From assembly GCA_046757665.1 (NCBI GenBank), contig JBHHYO010000028.1, positions 1-30,672 on the forward strand: 30,672 nt of DNA. Reading direction: 5' to 3'. A program made the position numbers and the translations under genes. The notes beneath the pieces were generated by a model. That model was not told the origin of the DNA. It ran no database searches and saw nothing but the letters and a program-made list of their open reading frames with translations. The DNA comes from Nitrospinales bacterium (lineage in GTDB: Bacteria; Nitrospinota; Nitrospinia; Nitrospinales; JAJDAT01). The stretch's first letter is position 1. Every line of letters begins with the position of its first letter. This document shows positions 1 to 8,179 of this stretch, one piece after another.

Positions 1-581
1 ACCGAATGTCCGAGATGATTCAGATAAATTATTACGCCCTCTTTTCTTGAAAATTTCATGATCGGGATAAAATCCTGATCCCCGGTAATCAAAACAATCC
101 TATCGACGATTTTTTTTATCGATAGCCATGCAATATCCAACCCTATCTTCATATCAACCTGTTTTTGTTTCATATCGGGAATGAGGTCGTTTCCGCTTAT
201 TGTGGGAGAAGTTTCGTTTTCCATCCGTTTTAAAGCCGCATCACCCAGCTTCCATCCATGCATCATCAGACACCCCTTCCTCACGGCAAATGATGGCTCC
301 AATTCCAATTTGTCAAGTATTCGTTGATTTTGAGAGGCGGATGGGGAAGCGCCGAAATCTTTTTTCTGCTTGGTAAAAGGGTGCGTCTTCTGCCCCTGGT
401 AAGGGGGACAATCGTAGTAATAAATTCTAAACAGCTCCAACTTTGTCAACTCATCGGATTTTCTAAGTTCGTTGCAATAGCCAACAATATCTTCGGCTTG
501 AATTACTTTTTTTTGGAGTCTCTGGCGGAGTTTTTTCTTTAAGAATCCGGCATCAATTACAATTGCGTATTTTTCGCTCAT
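1..581 (-). CDS. NYN domain (LabA/DUF88, PIN-like fold) putative ribonuclease; 3' end runs off the window
   Basis: Manual translation from ATG at 581 is open to the window edge: MSEKYAIVIDAGFLKKKL...LFRIYYYDCPPY...DMKQKQVDMKIGLDIAWLSIKKIVDRIVLITGDQDFIPIMKFSRKEGVIIYL. Contains the NYN acidic motifs IDxGF, YYYD, QKxVD and TGDxDF. Absent from the ORF track because there is no stop codon in the window. Confidence 0.92.
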   Translation of the reverse strand, partial: MSEKYAIVIDAGFLKKKLRQRLQKKVIQAEDIVGYCNELRKSDELTKLELFRIYYYDCPPYQGQKTHPFTKQKKDFGASPSASQNQRILDKLELEPSFAVRKGCLMMHGWKLGDAALKRMENETSPTISGNDLIPDMKQKQVDMKIGLDIAWLSIKKIVDRIVLITGDQDFIPIMKFSRKEGVIIYLNHLGHS

Positions 582-668
582 AAAAAAAGGTCGACCCCTT
601 CCTCACGCGGAGCCAAAGCTCTCTTATATCAATGGGCGTAAAAAAGGGGTCTGGTGTCATCAATTTCT
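582..668 (-). ncRNA. Structured leader RNA or candidate small RNA upstream of the NYN gene
   Basis: Minus-strand RNA: GACCCCUUUUUUACGC (651-636) pairs fully with GCGUGAGGAAGGGGUC (608-593), 16 bp including 3 G-U pairs. The 27-nt loop holds an inner hairpin GAGC-UUUG-GCUC (621-610). Followed by GACC-U7 and then AUG. Confidence 0.6.
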
Positions 669-674
669 AATTCC

Positions 675-704
675 ATAGTATCGGCCAACCTGCGAAAAAG
701 TCAA
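675..704 (-). promoter_or_regulatory. sigma70-type promoter for the leader RNA and NYN gene
   Basis: TTGACT (704-699), 18-nt spacer, TACTAT (680-675). Confidence 0.65.
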
Positions 705-1013
705 GCTTTTCCGCTTTGACCGCAGGATAAAAATGTGGGAATGCACTGACAGGACAAATTAAATCTCGACGAGATAATCGGCGCAAACCCTCAACTTTTC
801 GGGCCACCGAATATTCGAACTGACTGATAAGTGAACAGATTCGCCTAAAAAGGCCAGCAACAAAATTTCGAGGTGAAGAAGATATCGGTTGGCTTAACTC
901 TCGCACAATGCTATCATCAAGCCATATCCAAACAAAATTTTATCATTAAATAACAATTAGTTGTGCCTTGACGGCATTCACCTGAGCCCTCATCTCGGCA
1001 ACGCTGGCCTGAA

Positions 1014-2471
1014 ATGCGGAACAATTCTCTGAAAAAAGAATCGGTAAAAGGATGGACGGTTCAAAACCGGTTGAATCTCCTGGTTTGCATCCTCATATTT
1101 GCCTCGGCTATGGCCATTGTTGGCGGAATCCAAATTTACAAGGGGGCTAAATTCCACCAGTACAATTTTCTACACGTCAAATACAATCATCAGTTTCACT
1201 CCGAAGTCGATGCCTTCAAGGCTGGGCAAGAAAATATTTCCGCTATTCAATCCGTGATCCAAAAAGTGCAGAAGCAACCGCTCGACTGCCTTGACGAAGC
1301 CACTATCGTCGAGCGTTCCATGATGAAACTGATAGACACCGACCGGGCTATCACCCTCTGCGAAAACGACATTGCCCTGGGAGACCGGACTCTGGCCGAT
1401 TTGAATAACTACAAAAAAGGATCCATTACCAGAGAGAAACTGATTAAAATCCTTGACAATGCCATGACCGGGTTCTTCGCCAATTCGGCCGAATTCTCTC
1501 CGCTGATTGCTCAAACCGTGTCATTCATGAAAAATGTCATGCTGGGCCTCATGGCGTTTTTGGCATCTATTTTCGTGATTCTGGGATTCTTTGTTGCCCG
1601 AAGCGTTTCCAAGGATTACGATCGTTCAAAGGAAATGCAACGCGCCTTGAAGAAATTGAATCAGGACTATTTGTTTATCCAAAAGAAACTCGAAGAGGAT
1701 ATTAAAAAGAGAAAGCAACTTGAGGAACAAAGGCAAACCATATTGGCCGACCTGGAAGTGACCAACCGCAAACTCAGCCAGTCCAACCAGAATTTAAACG
1801 AGTTCGCGTCGATTGCCTCGCATGATTTGCAAGAGCCGTTGCGCAAAGTCATTATCTTCGGAGACCGGCTGAGGGATGAATCGACCCATCTGGACGGCCA
1901 GAGCCTGGATTACATAACCCGCATGCAAAAAGCCACCGCGCGAATGCAAGCGCTCATCGAAGGTTTGCTGGAATATTCACGGATCACTGTCAAGGCCAGA
2001 CCTTTTCAATTGATCGACCTGAACCAGATCGTCAACGAGGTGTTTATCGACCTCGAAACCCCGCTTGAAGAATCAAAGGCAACCGTTAATATTGTCAGTC
2101 TGCCTAAGCTGAATGCCGACCCATTGCAAATGCGCCAGTTGTTTCAGAATTTGATCGGCAACGCCCTTAAATACTACAGAAAGGACACCCATCCTATAAT
2201 CAACATTACCAGTCGGGCAAGCGGGAGCGGTCATTTTAAAATCAGCGTTGAGGACAATGGCATTGGATTTGACGAAAAATACAAGGATAAAATTTTTCAA
2301 CCCTTCCAGCGGCTTCATGGAAAAAGCGCTTATGGAGGGACGGGAATGGGATTAGCCATTTGCAACAAGATCATTAAACGGCACAATGGGAAAATAGAAG
2401 TCAAAAGCACCCTGAACGAGGGCACCACATTCACCCTCACCCTTCCCCAAAAACCGTCTAATGTCGATTGA
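1014..2471 (+). CDS. Membrane sensor histidine kinase (two TM helices, periplasmic domain, coiled coil, HisKA, HATPase_c)
   Basis: H-box FASIASHDLQEPLR, N-box QNLIGNALKY, G1 EDNGIGF, F-box IFQPFQRLH, G2 GTGMGLAIC. Two hydrophobic segments flank a ~130-aa extracytoplasmic region. Confidence 0.93.
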   Translation: MRNNSLKKESVKGWTVQNRLNLLVCILIFASAMAIVGGIQIYKGAKFHQYNFLHVKYNHQFHSEVDAFKAGQENISAIQSVIQKVQKQPLDCLDEATIVERSMMKLIDTDRAITLCENDIALGDRTLADLNNYKKGSITREKLIKILDNAMTGFFANSAEFSPLIAQTVSFMKNVMLGLMAFLASIFVILGFFVARSVSKDYDRSKEMQRALKKLNQDYLFIQKKLEEDIKKRKQLEEQRQTILADLEVTNRKLSQSNQNLNEFASIASHDLQEPLRKVIIFGDRLRDESTHLDGQSLDYITRMQKATARMQALIEGLLEYSRITVKARPFQLIDLNQIVNEVFIDLETPLEESKATVNIVSLPKLNADPLQMRQLFQNLIGNALKYYRKDTHPIINITSRASGSGHFKISVEDNGIGFDEKYKDKIFQPFQRLHGKSAYGGTGMGLAICNKIIKRHNGKIEVKSTLNEGTTFTLTLPQKPSNVD

Positions 2472-2489
2472 GGTTGATCATTCACCATC

Positions 2490-3173
2490 ATGACTAAACA
2501 AGCGGTCATTTTACTGAGCGGCGGGGTGGATTCCACCACCACGCTGGCCATCGCCAAACACGAGGGATTCCAGCCGGTGACGCTCAGTTTCGACTACGGC
2601 CAGCGGCACGCCGTGGAGTTGCAGAAGGCCAAAGCGGTGTCCCGAAGCTTTGGCGTGGCGGAGCATCGCGTGGTGAAAATCGGCTTGTTTGGCGGCTCGG
2701 CCCTCACCGGCGACATGCAGGTGCCCAAGCAACGCGGCACGGCGGAAATGGCCTCCGGCATCCCCGCCACCTATGTCCCCGCGCGCAACACCATTTTTCT
2801 TTCCTATGGCTTGGCGCTTGCCGAGGTGCGGGGCATCGGCGACCTGTTCATCGGCGTCAACGCGATTGACTACAGCGGCTATCCCGACTGCCGCCCGGAA
2901 TACATCGCCGCCTTCGAGACCATGGCAAACCTTGCTACCAGAGCCGGTGTCGAGGGCAAGACCCGGCTGAAAATCCACACGCCGCTGATCCGCCTCACGA
3001 AAGCCGAAATCATCCGCAAGGGCCTGGAACTGGGAGTCGATTACCGGCTGACCCACAGTTGCTACGACCCCGACCCGGACGGCCGCGCCTGCGGCGCCTG
3101 CGACAGTTGCCTCCTGCGCCTGAAGGGATTCCGCGAAGCGGGCATGGAAGACCCCGTGGAGTATCGGGTATAA
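2490..3173 (+). CDS. queC: 7-cyano-7-deazaguanine synthase
   Basis: [10 protein letters not shown]-loop, [19 protein letters not shown] and C-terminal Zn motif SCY...CGACDSC. Confidence 0.96.
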   Translation: MTKQAVILLSGGVDSTTTLAIAKHEGFQPVTLSFDYGQRHAVELQKAKAVSRSFGVAEHRVVKIGLFGGSALTGDMQVPKQRGTAEMASGIPATYVPARNTIFLSYGLALAEVRGIGDLFIGVNAIDYSGYPDCRPEYIAAFETMANLATRAGVEGKTRLKIHTPLIRLTKAEIIRKGLELGVDYRLTHSCYDPDPDGRACGACDSCLLRLKGFREAGMEDPVEYRV

Positions 3174-3244
3174 TTATTGGCGCCGGTTATTATTGGCGGA
3201 AGGGAAAGACTCTTTATGAAAAAGGAAACCAAAAGAAAAGCTAA
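3170..3244 (+). pseudogene. C-terminal remnant of a BrnT-like toxin
   Basis: Reads [24 protein letters not shown], resembling the recalled C-terminus (IIGAGYWRKGKxxYE) of a BrnT/DUF497 subfamily. It has no start of its own and begins at the queC stop codon. Confidence 0.65.
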
Positions 3245-3347
3245 ATACACGAACGAACCGCTGGAGTTAAAAGCGATACCGGATTTTCTCCCACCTCCAA
3301 AAGGCCTCGTCCCCACGCGGAGCGCGGAAACGAGACAGAGGGCTTAG
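3216..3347 (+). pseudogene. Truncated BrnA/CopG-like antitoxin (N-terminal 43 aa)
   Basis: MKKETKRKAKYTNEPLELKAIPDFLPPPKGLVPTRSAETRQRA*. The KYTxEP...DFLPPP..L pattern matches the N-terminus of CopG-family antitoxins paired with BrnT, but the ribbon-helix-helix half is missing. The ATG overlaps the toxin remnant's 3' end, as is typical of TA operons. Confidence 0.65.
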
Positions 3348-3348
3348 A

Positions 3349-4266
3349 ATGCAACAACAATGCGCCGACATTAAGAGCCACTATTGCTTCACCGAGGCTG
3401 ATGAGAAATTGCTGTCCCAGATGGAGCCGCAGTTGGAATCATGCGCCGATGAGTTTCTGGACGGGTTCTATGAATTTATTTTGAACTTTGGCCAGGCGGC
3501 GGAGTTTCTGAAGGATGACGTGGTGATCGCCCGGCACCGCGGCATGATCCGGAAATGGTACCTGGACCTGTTCAAGGGCGCTTATGGCGTTTCTTATTTC
3601 ATGAAACTTTATAAGATCGGTGAGGTTCACGTCAAATTGGGCCTGCCGACGCATTATGTGAACGCGGCCTTTAATTATGTTCGTGTTTTTGCCCTTAATT
3701 GTATCCAGAAACAATACCGGGACGATCCCAGTCTGGCAGACAGGATCGAAGCCGTTGAAAAAATCATCGATATCAATCTGGATGTATTGACCAGCTCCTA
3801 TCGAGAGGAGGAAATACACCGCTTTTTATCTCTCTCCGGCGTTGAAAAAACCTTGCTGGGTTTTCTGCAAAAGATCAGTTCATACTTTAATTATCTGCTG
3901 GCGGCGGCGTTGGTGATGGTGGCGGGTTTTGCCATTGGATTGTTCGGATATGATGTTTATCTGTTAGTTTCCGGACGCACCAGGATAGAAGAGGGAATTT
4001 TAACAACATTGGGCAGTCTCCTGATCCTGTGGGCGGCGATTGAACTGATCCATGAAGAAATAAAACACCTGCGCAGTGGCAGTTTTGCCCTGGAGGCATT
4101 TATAACGCTTGCCATTGCGGCATTGATTCGGAAAATACTGATCTTTTCTCTTTCACCTGAAAAAACGGTGGATATTTTGACGTATGGAGTCTTGGTACTT
4201 TTTCTAAGCATTTCTTACTGGGTAATTGCATCCAAGGCGAAACCTCGGAAAAAAGAGACGCCTTGA
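3349..4266 (+). CDS. Protoglobin (globin-coupled sensor) domain fused to a PsiE-family 4-TM domain
   Basis: N-terminal globin features (FTEADEKLL, FYEFI, IGEVHVKLGLP with candidate proximal His, KIIDINLDV). C-terminal four hydrophobic helices with LILWAAIEL and AIAALIRKIL, typical of PsiE. Confidence 0.85.
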   Translation: MQQQCADIKSHYCFTEADEKLLSQMEPQLESCADEFLDGFYEFILNFGQAAEFLKDDVVIARHRGMIRKWYLDLFKGAYGVSYFMKLYKIGEVHVKLGLPTHYVNAAFNYVRVFALNCIQKQYRDDPSLADRIEAVEKIIDINLDVLTSSYREEEIHRFLSLSGVEKTLLGFLQKISSYFNYLLAAALVMVAGFAIGLFGYDVYLLVSGRTRIEEGILTTLGSLLILWAAIELIHEEIKHLRSGSFALEAFITLAIAALIRKILIFSLSPEKTVDILTYGVLVLFLSISYWVIASKAKPRKKETP

Positions 4267-4344
4267 CCCTCTTGCGGCAAATCACGGACACCGCCCCCTC
4301 CTTGTTTGTCAACCCGCCAAACCAAAAGAGTTTCCGGTCAGGTA

Positions 4345-4375
4345 CTGTCATGGTTCGACAGGCTCACCCTGACAG
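4345..4375. repeat. REP-like extragenic palindrome between convergent genes
   Basis: CTGTCA-TGGT-TCGACAGGCTC-ACCC-TGACAG is an imperfect inverted repeat with a GGTTCGACAxGCTCACC core recalled from dispersed bacterial palindromic repeats. Single copy in this window. Confidence 0.55.
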
Positions 4376-4401
4376 GGTAGCGGGAAAACCCAAGGGTGAA
4401 A

Positions 4402-5865
4402 CTATTTGAGCTTGCCGAGGATTTTGTTGACGGTCTGGGTGGTGGACAGGCCCTTGACGATAGGCACGAGTTCGACACGGGCGCCGTAGCCTTCGACGAT
4501 TTCCCGTCCGACGACTTCATTGATTTTGTAATCGTCTCCCTTGGCCAGGATGTCCGGGCGGATTTCCCGAATCAGGTTCTCCGGGGTGAGTTCGTCGAAC
4601 GTCGTGATGTAATCGACGTATTTCAGGGCGGAAAGAATATTGGCGCGTTCCTCCTGGGTTTTGATGGGCCGGTCGTCGCCTTTCAGGGCGCGCACGGATT
4701 TGTCCGTGTTGAGGCCGATGACCAGGATGTCGCCCAGCTTTTTGGCGCGTTGCAAAAACTCGATGTGGCCGCCGTGGATGAGGTCGAAACAACCGTTGGT
4801 GAACACGACGGTTTTGCCGGTGGCCTTGGCCAGGCTGACGAGCTTTTTCAGTTCGTCGAGCTGGAGGAGGGGTTGCGAGGTGCGGAGCATTTCCTCCTGA
4901 AGGAATTCGTTGATCTCCTGCAAGGTGACGACGGCGGTGCCGATTTTTCCAACGACGATACCGGCGGCCATGTTCGCCAGGGTCGCGGCCTCCTCGAAGC
5001 TGAATCCGCAAAAAACCGCCATGCCAAAAACGCTGATGACGGTATCGCCCGCGCCGGTGACATCGAACACCTCCCGGGCGACGGTGGGGATATCGACGGG
5101 CTTGCGGTTGTTCTGATAAAGGGTCATGCCGTTCCTGCCGCGGGTCATCAGGAGGGCTTCCGCCTTGGTGAGTCCGATCAGGTATTCCGCGGTGCGCTCC
5201 ATATCCGGCTGGCTGGCGATTTTGATGGGCGACGCTTCCTCCATTTCTTTCTGGTTGGGAGTGATGATGCCGGCTCCCTTGTAAAGGGAGAAATCTTTGC
5301 GCTTGGGATCGACGATCACCCGCTTTTTGCAGGTCTTTGCGCGGCGCATGAGGGCGCTCATGATTTTTTCGGTACAGATTCCCTTGTTGTAATCGGAGCA
5401 GATGACGCCATCCATTGCGGGCAAAACCTTGTTGATGTATTGAATGATTTTTTTCTGGGTTTCCTGCATGTTGGGGCGGGTGTCTTCCTTGTCGATCCGC
5501 AATACTTGCTGGTTATGGGCGATGACGCGGATTTTGCTTGTGGTGGGGCGATGCGCGAAGCGGAAAATGCCGTCGGCGTTGATCGAGCGGTCGTGAATCA
5601 ACTCGAGGAGCTGGCGGCCTTTTTCGTCTTGCCCGACGGCGCCGACGAGGTAGACGCGGCATCCGAGGGCCACCAGGTTGTTGGCGGCGTTGGCCGCGCC
5701 GCCCATGGCCATGTTCTCCGACTTGGACTCCAGCACCGGCACGGGCGCTTCCGGAGAAACCCGGGTGACGCTTCCCCAAATGTATTCGTCGAGGATCAGG
5801 TCGCCGACGACCAGGACTTTCGGGCGGACTTTGTTGTCGAGAAAAAATTCAAACTTCGCTTTCAT
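4402..5865 (-). CDS. hldE: Bifunctional heptose-7-phosphate kinase / heptose-1-phosphate adenylyltransferase
   Basis: PfkB domain (GDLILDEY, RVSPEAPVPV, GGAANAA, DVTGAGDTV) plus cytidylyltransferase-like domain (FTNGCFDLIHGGH, KGDDY). Confidence 0.96.
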   Translation of the reverse strand: MKAKFEFFLDNKVRPKVLVVGDLILDEYIWGSVTRVSPEAPVPVLESKSENMAMGGAANAANNLVALGCRVYLVGAVGQDEKGRQLLELIHDRSINADGIFRFAHRPTTSKIRVIAHNQQVLRIDKEDTRPNMQETQKKIIQYINKVLPAMDGVICSDYNKGICTEKIMSALMRRAKTCKKRVIVDPKRKDFSLYKGAGIITPNQKEMEEASPIKIASQPDMERTAEYLIGLTKAEALLMTRGRNGMTLYQNNRKPVDIPTVAREVFDVTGAGDTVISVFGMAVFCGFSFEEAATLANMAAGIVVGKIGTAVVTLQEINEFLQEEMLRTSQPLLQLDELKKLVSLAKATGKTVVFTNGCFDLIHGGHIEFLQRAKKLGDILVIGLNTDKSVRALKGDDRPIKTQEERANILSALKYVDYITTFDELTPENLIREIRPDILAKGDDYKINEVVGREIVEGYGARVELVPIVKGLSTTQTVNKILGKLK

Positions 5866-6427
5866 GGGTCACGGCGTGTTCTATGAGTTCGCAGATGATG
5901 TGTCCGATGGTAATATGCGCTTCCTGAATGCGGGCGGTGTCGCTGGAAGGCACCACCAGGGCCAGGGCGGCGTGTTGCCTGGCGCGGCCGCCTTCATTGC
6001 CCAGCAGGGCAATGGTGACGGCGTCCAGTTCGTTGGCCCGCTTCAGGCCGCGGATGATGTTTTCGGAATTGCCGCTGGTGCTGATGCCCAACACCACGTC
6101 GCCGGGTTTGACCAGGGCCTGGATTTGGCGCTCAAAAATGTATTCAAATCCGTAATCGTTTCCGAGCGCCGTGAGCGACGAGGAATCGACGGTCAGGGCA
6201 ATGGCGGGCAAAGCCTTGCGCTCCGCCTTGAACCGGCCCACCAGCTCGGCGGCGATGTGCTGGGCGTCTCCGGCGCTTCCGCCGTTGCCCATGAGCAACA
6301 GTTTGCCGCCTTGCGCCAGACTGCGCTGAATCCATTGCGCGGCTTGAAGAATGTCCGGTGAAAGCGTTTCCGCGATCCGCCGCTTCAAGTCCGCGCTGGC
6401 GTATAGAAATTGTTTGACTCGTTCCAT
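5849..6427 (-). CDS. gmhA: D-sedoheptulose-7-phosphate isomerase
   Basis: GNGGSAGDAQHIAAEL, GNDYG, GISTSGNS, TARIQEAH; adjacent to hldE. Confidence 0.96.
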   Translation of the reverse strand: MERVKQFLYASADLKRRIAETLSPDILQAAQWIQRSLAQGGKLLLMGNGGSAGDAQHIAAELVGRFKAERKALPAIALTVDSSSLTALGNDYGFEYIFERQIQALVKPGDVVLGISTSGNSENIIRGLKRANELDAVTIALLGNEGGRARQHAALALVVPSSDTARIQEAHITIGHIICELIEHAVTHESEV

Positions 6428-6463
6428 GTTGGCGTAACAGTTAACCTGTTATTCCCAGCGGAT

Positions 6464-7189
6464 TCAAAGCAGGCCCTCGTCGGCGAAGCTGTAGAATCCG
6501 CGGTTGCCGATAATAATATGGTCCAGCAGTTTGATACCGATGATCTCGCCGGTCTTGCTCAACCGGTGGGTAATTTCGATATCGGCGGAACTGGGAGTGG
6601 GATCGCCGCTGGGGTGGTTGTGAATCAGCACGAGCGAAGCGGCGGATTCCTTGATCGCCGGGATCATGACTTCCCGCGGATGAACGATACTGCTGTTGAG
6701 ACTGCCTTCGGAAATGGTGATCTCCTTGATCATTCTTAATTTGGGGTTGAGCAGGGCCGCCTTGACAACTTCTTTTCTCAGGTTTTTCAAAAAGGGGGAA
6801 AAAAATTTAACGAAATCCTGACTGCATTTCATTTGTTGATTGTCGCTGGCGGGCTGGGCGGCCAGGCGCTTCCCCAACTCCAGCGCCGCCTTGATTTGAG
6901 CGGCTTTCGCCAGCCCGATGCCCCGCACTTCGCAAAGCTCGTGAATCGTCGCCAGGTCCAATCGACTCAAGTCGCCAAAGGCCAGCAAAACGTCGCGGCT
7001 GAGGTCAACCGCGTTTTTTCTCGACCGCCGGTCGCCGGAGCCGATAAGAATACCCATAAGATGCGCATCGGAAAGCATACCGCCGCCATGCTTGATCAGC
7101 CGTTCACGGGGACGCTCATCCGCCGGCCAGTGTTTGATTGAATAGGCATGGAGATCATCCGGTTTTGAGTTTTCAGGTTTTTTCGACAC
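6464..7189 (-). CDS. radC: RadC/UPF0758 JAB-domain protein
   Basis: ERPRERL, Hh[36 protein letters not shown]. Start uncertain: GTG at 7189 preferred over the track's 7213. Confidence 0.93.
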   Translation of the reverse strand: MSKKPENSKPDDLHAYSIKHWPADERPRERLIKHGGGMLSDAHLMGILIGSGDRRSRKNAVDLSRDVLLAFGDLSRLDLATIHELCEVRGIGLAKAAQIKAALELGKRLAAQPASDNQQMKCSQDFVKFFSPFLKNLRKEVVKAALLNPKLRMIKEITISEGSLNSSIVHPREVMIPAIKESAASLVLIHNHPSGDPTPSSADIEITHRLSKTGEIIGIKLLDHIIIGNRGFYSFADEGLL

Positions 7190-8117
7190 TGAGCTTCTGC
7201 TTGAAATAACCAATGGTTGCCGCCAGCCCTTCTTCCAACCCCACCCGGGGTTCCCAGTTCAGAAGCCGGCGGGCGTTCTCGATATCCGGCTTGCGGACCT
7301 TGGGGTCGTCTATCGGCAAGGGTTGGAAAACGATTTTACTCCTGCTCCCGGTTGCTTGCAAAATTTTCTCCGCAAGTTCCAGGACGGAAAACTCGCTGGG
7401 GTTGCCGATATTGACCGGCTCGTTGATGTCGGACATGAGGAGACGGTAAATGCCTTCGACCAAATCGTCAACGTAGCAGAAACTGCGTGTCTGGCCGCCG
7501 TCTCCATAGGCGGTCAGGTTTTCCCCGGAAAGAGCCTGGCGCAAAAAGTTCGGGATGGCACGGCCGTCCTTGATCCGCATCCGCGGTCCGTACGTGTTGA
7601 AAATCCGGACGATCCGGGTCTCAATGCCGTGGTAACGGTGATAGGCCATGGTCATGGCTTCGGCAAACCGCTTGGCTTCATCGTACACGCCGCGGGGACC
7701 GACGGGGTTTACGTTGCCCCAGTAACTTTCTTTCTGCGGATGCATCAGGGGATCGCCGTAAACCTCCGAAGTAGAAGCCAGCAGGAACACCGCCTGCTTT
7801 TTCTTGGCCAGGCCCAGCGCCTTGTGGGTGCCCAGGGAACCCACTTTGAGCGTCTGGATGGGAAACTCCAGATAATCGATGGGACTGGCCGGCGAGGCAA
7901 AATGCAGAATATAATCCAAATGGCCTTCGACCTCGATGTATTCCGTGACGTTGTGGTGAACGAAGCGGAAGTTTTCGCTGTCGATGTGGGCGATATTGTC
8001 CATCGCTCCGGTGATCAGGTTGTCCATGCAGATAACCTCATGCCCCTTGGCCAGGAGAAAATCGCACAAGTGGGATCCCAGAAACCCTGCTCCGCCGGTG
8101 ATCAAAGTTCTTGGCAT
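7173..8117 (-). CDS. UDP-glucuronate decarboxylase family extended SDR
   Basis: [53 protein letters not shown]. Confidence 0.92.
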   Translation of the reverse strand: MPRTLITGGAGFLGSHLCDFLLAKGHEVICMDNLITGAMDNIAHIDSENFRFVHHNVTEYIEVEGHLDYILHFASPASPIDYLEFPIQTLKVGSLGTHKALGLAKKKQAVFLLASTSEVYGDPLMHPQKESYWGNVNPVGPRGVYDEAKRFAEAMTMAYHRYHGIETRIVRIFNTYGPRMRIKDGRAIPNFLRQALSGENLTAYGDGGQTRSFCYVDDLVEGIYRLLMSDINEPVNIGNPSEFSVLELAEKILQATGSRSKIVFQPLPIDDPKVRKPDIENARRLLNWEPRVGLEEGLAATIGYFKQKLSVEKT

Positions 8118-8179
8118 GTTCGCGTGTTTTTTTTAACGGTTCGTGTCATCCGATACCTTGCCGGTTTCATTGATATTCA

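Noticed and set aside
324-542. 72-aa plus-strand ORF
   Set aside because: Antisense to the NYN gene, with no recognisable features.
667-906. 79-aa minus-strand ORF upstream of the NYN gene, considered as a protein antitoxin
   Set aside because: No motif or clear RBS, and it overlaps the predicted NYN promoter. Not excluded, but unsupported.
2490-3173. QueC as an anti-phage QatC-like or DNA-modification (Dpd) component
   Set aside because: Canonical length and motifs of housekeeping QueC, with no qat or dpd partners in the window.
3059-3244. 61-aa ORF as an intact gene
   Set aside because: The first ~37 codons are an alternate frame of queC; only the final 24 codons look like real toxin-remnant sequence.
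4396-5886. 496-aa plus-strand ORF exactly antisense to hldE, and similar long antisense ORFs over fmt, argJ, ligA, htrA, the barrel gene and dctP
   Set aside because: Codon-aligned shadow ORFs expected from GC-rich codon bias; no motifs, and the opposite strand carries credible genes.
6464-7189. RadC as a marker of a mobile element or CBASS-type JAB protein
   Set aside because: Full-length chromosomal form with an HhH region, embedded in a housekeeping operon.
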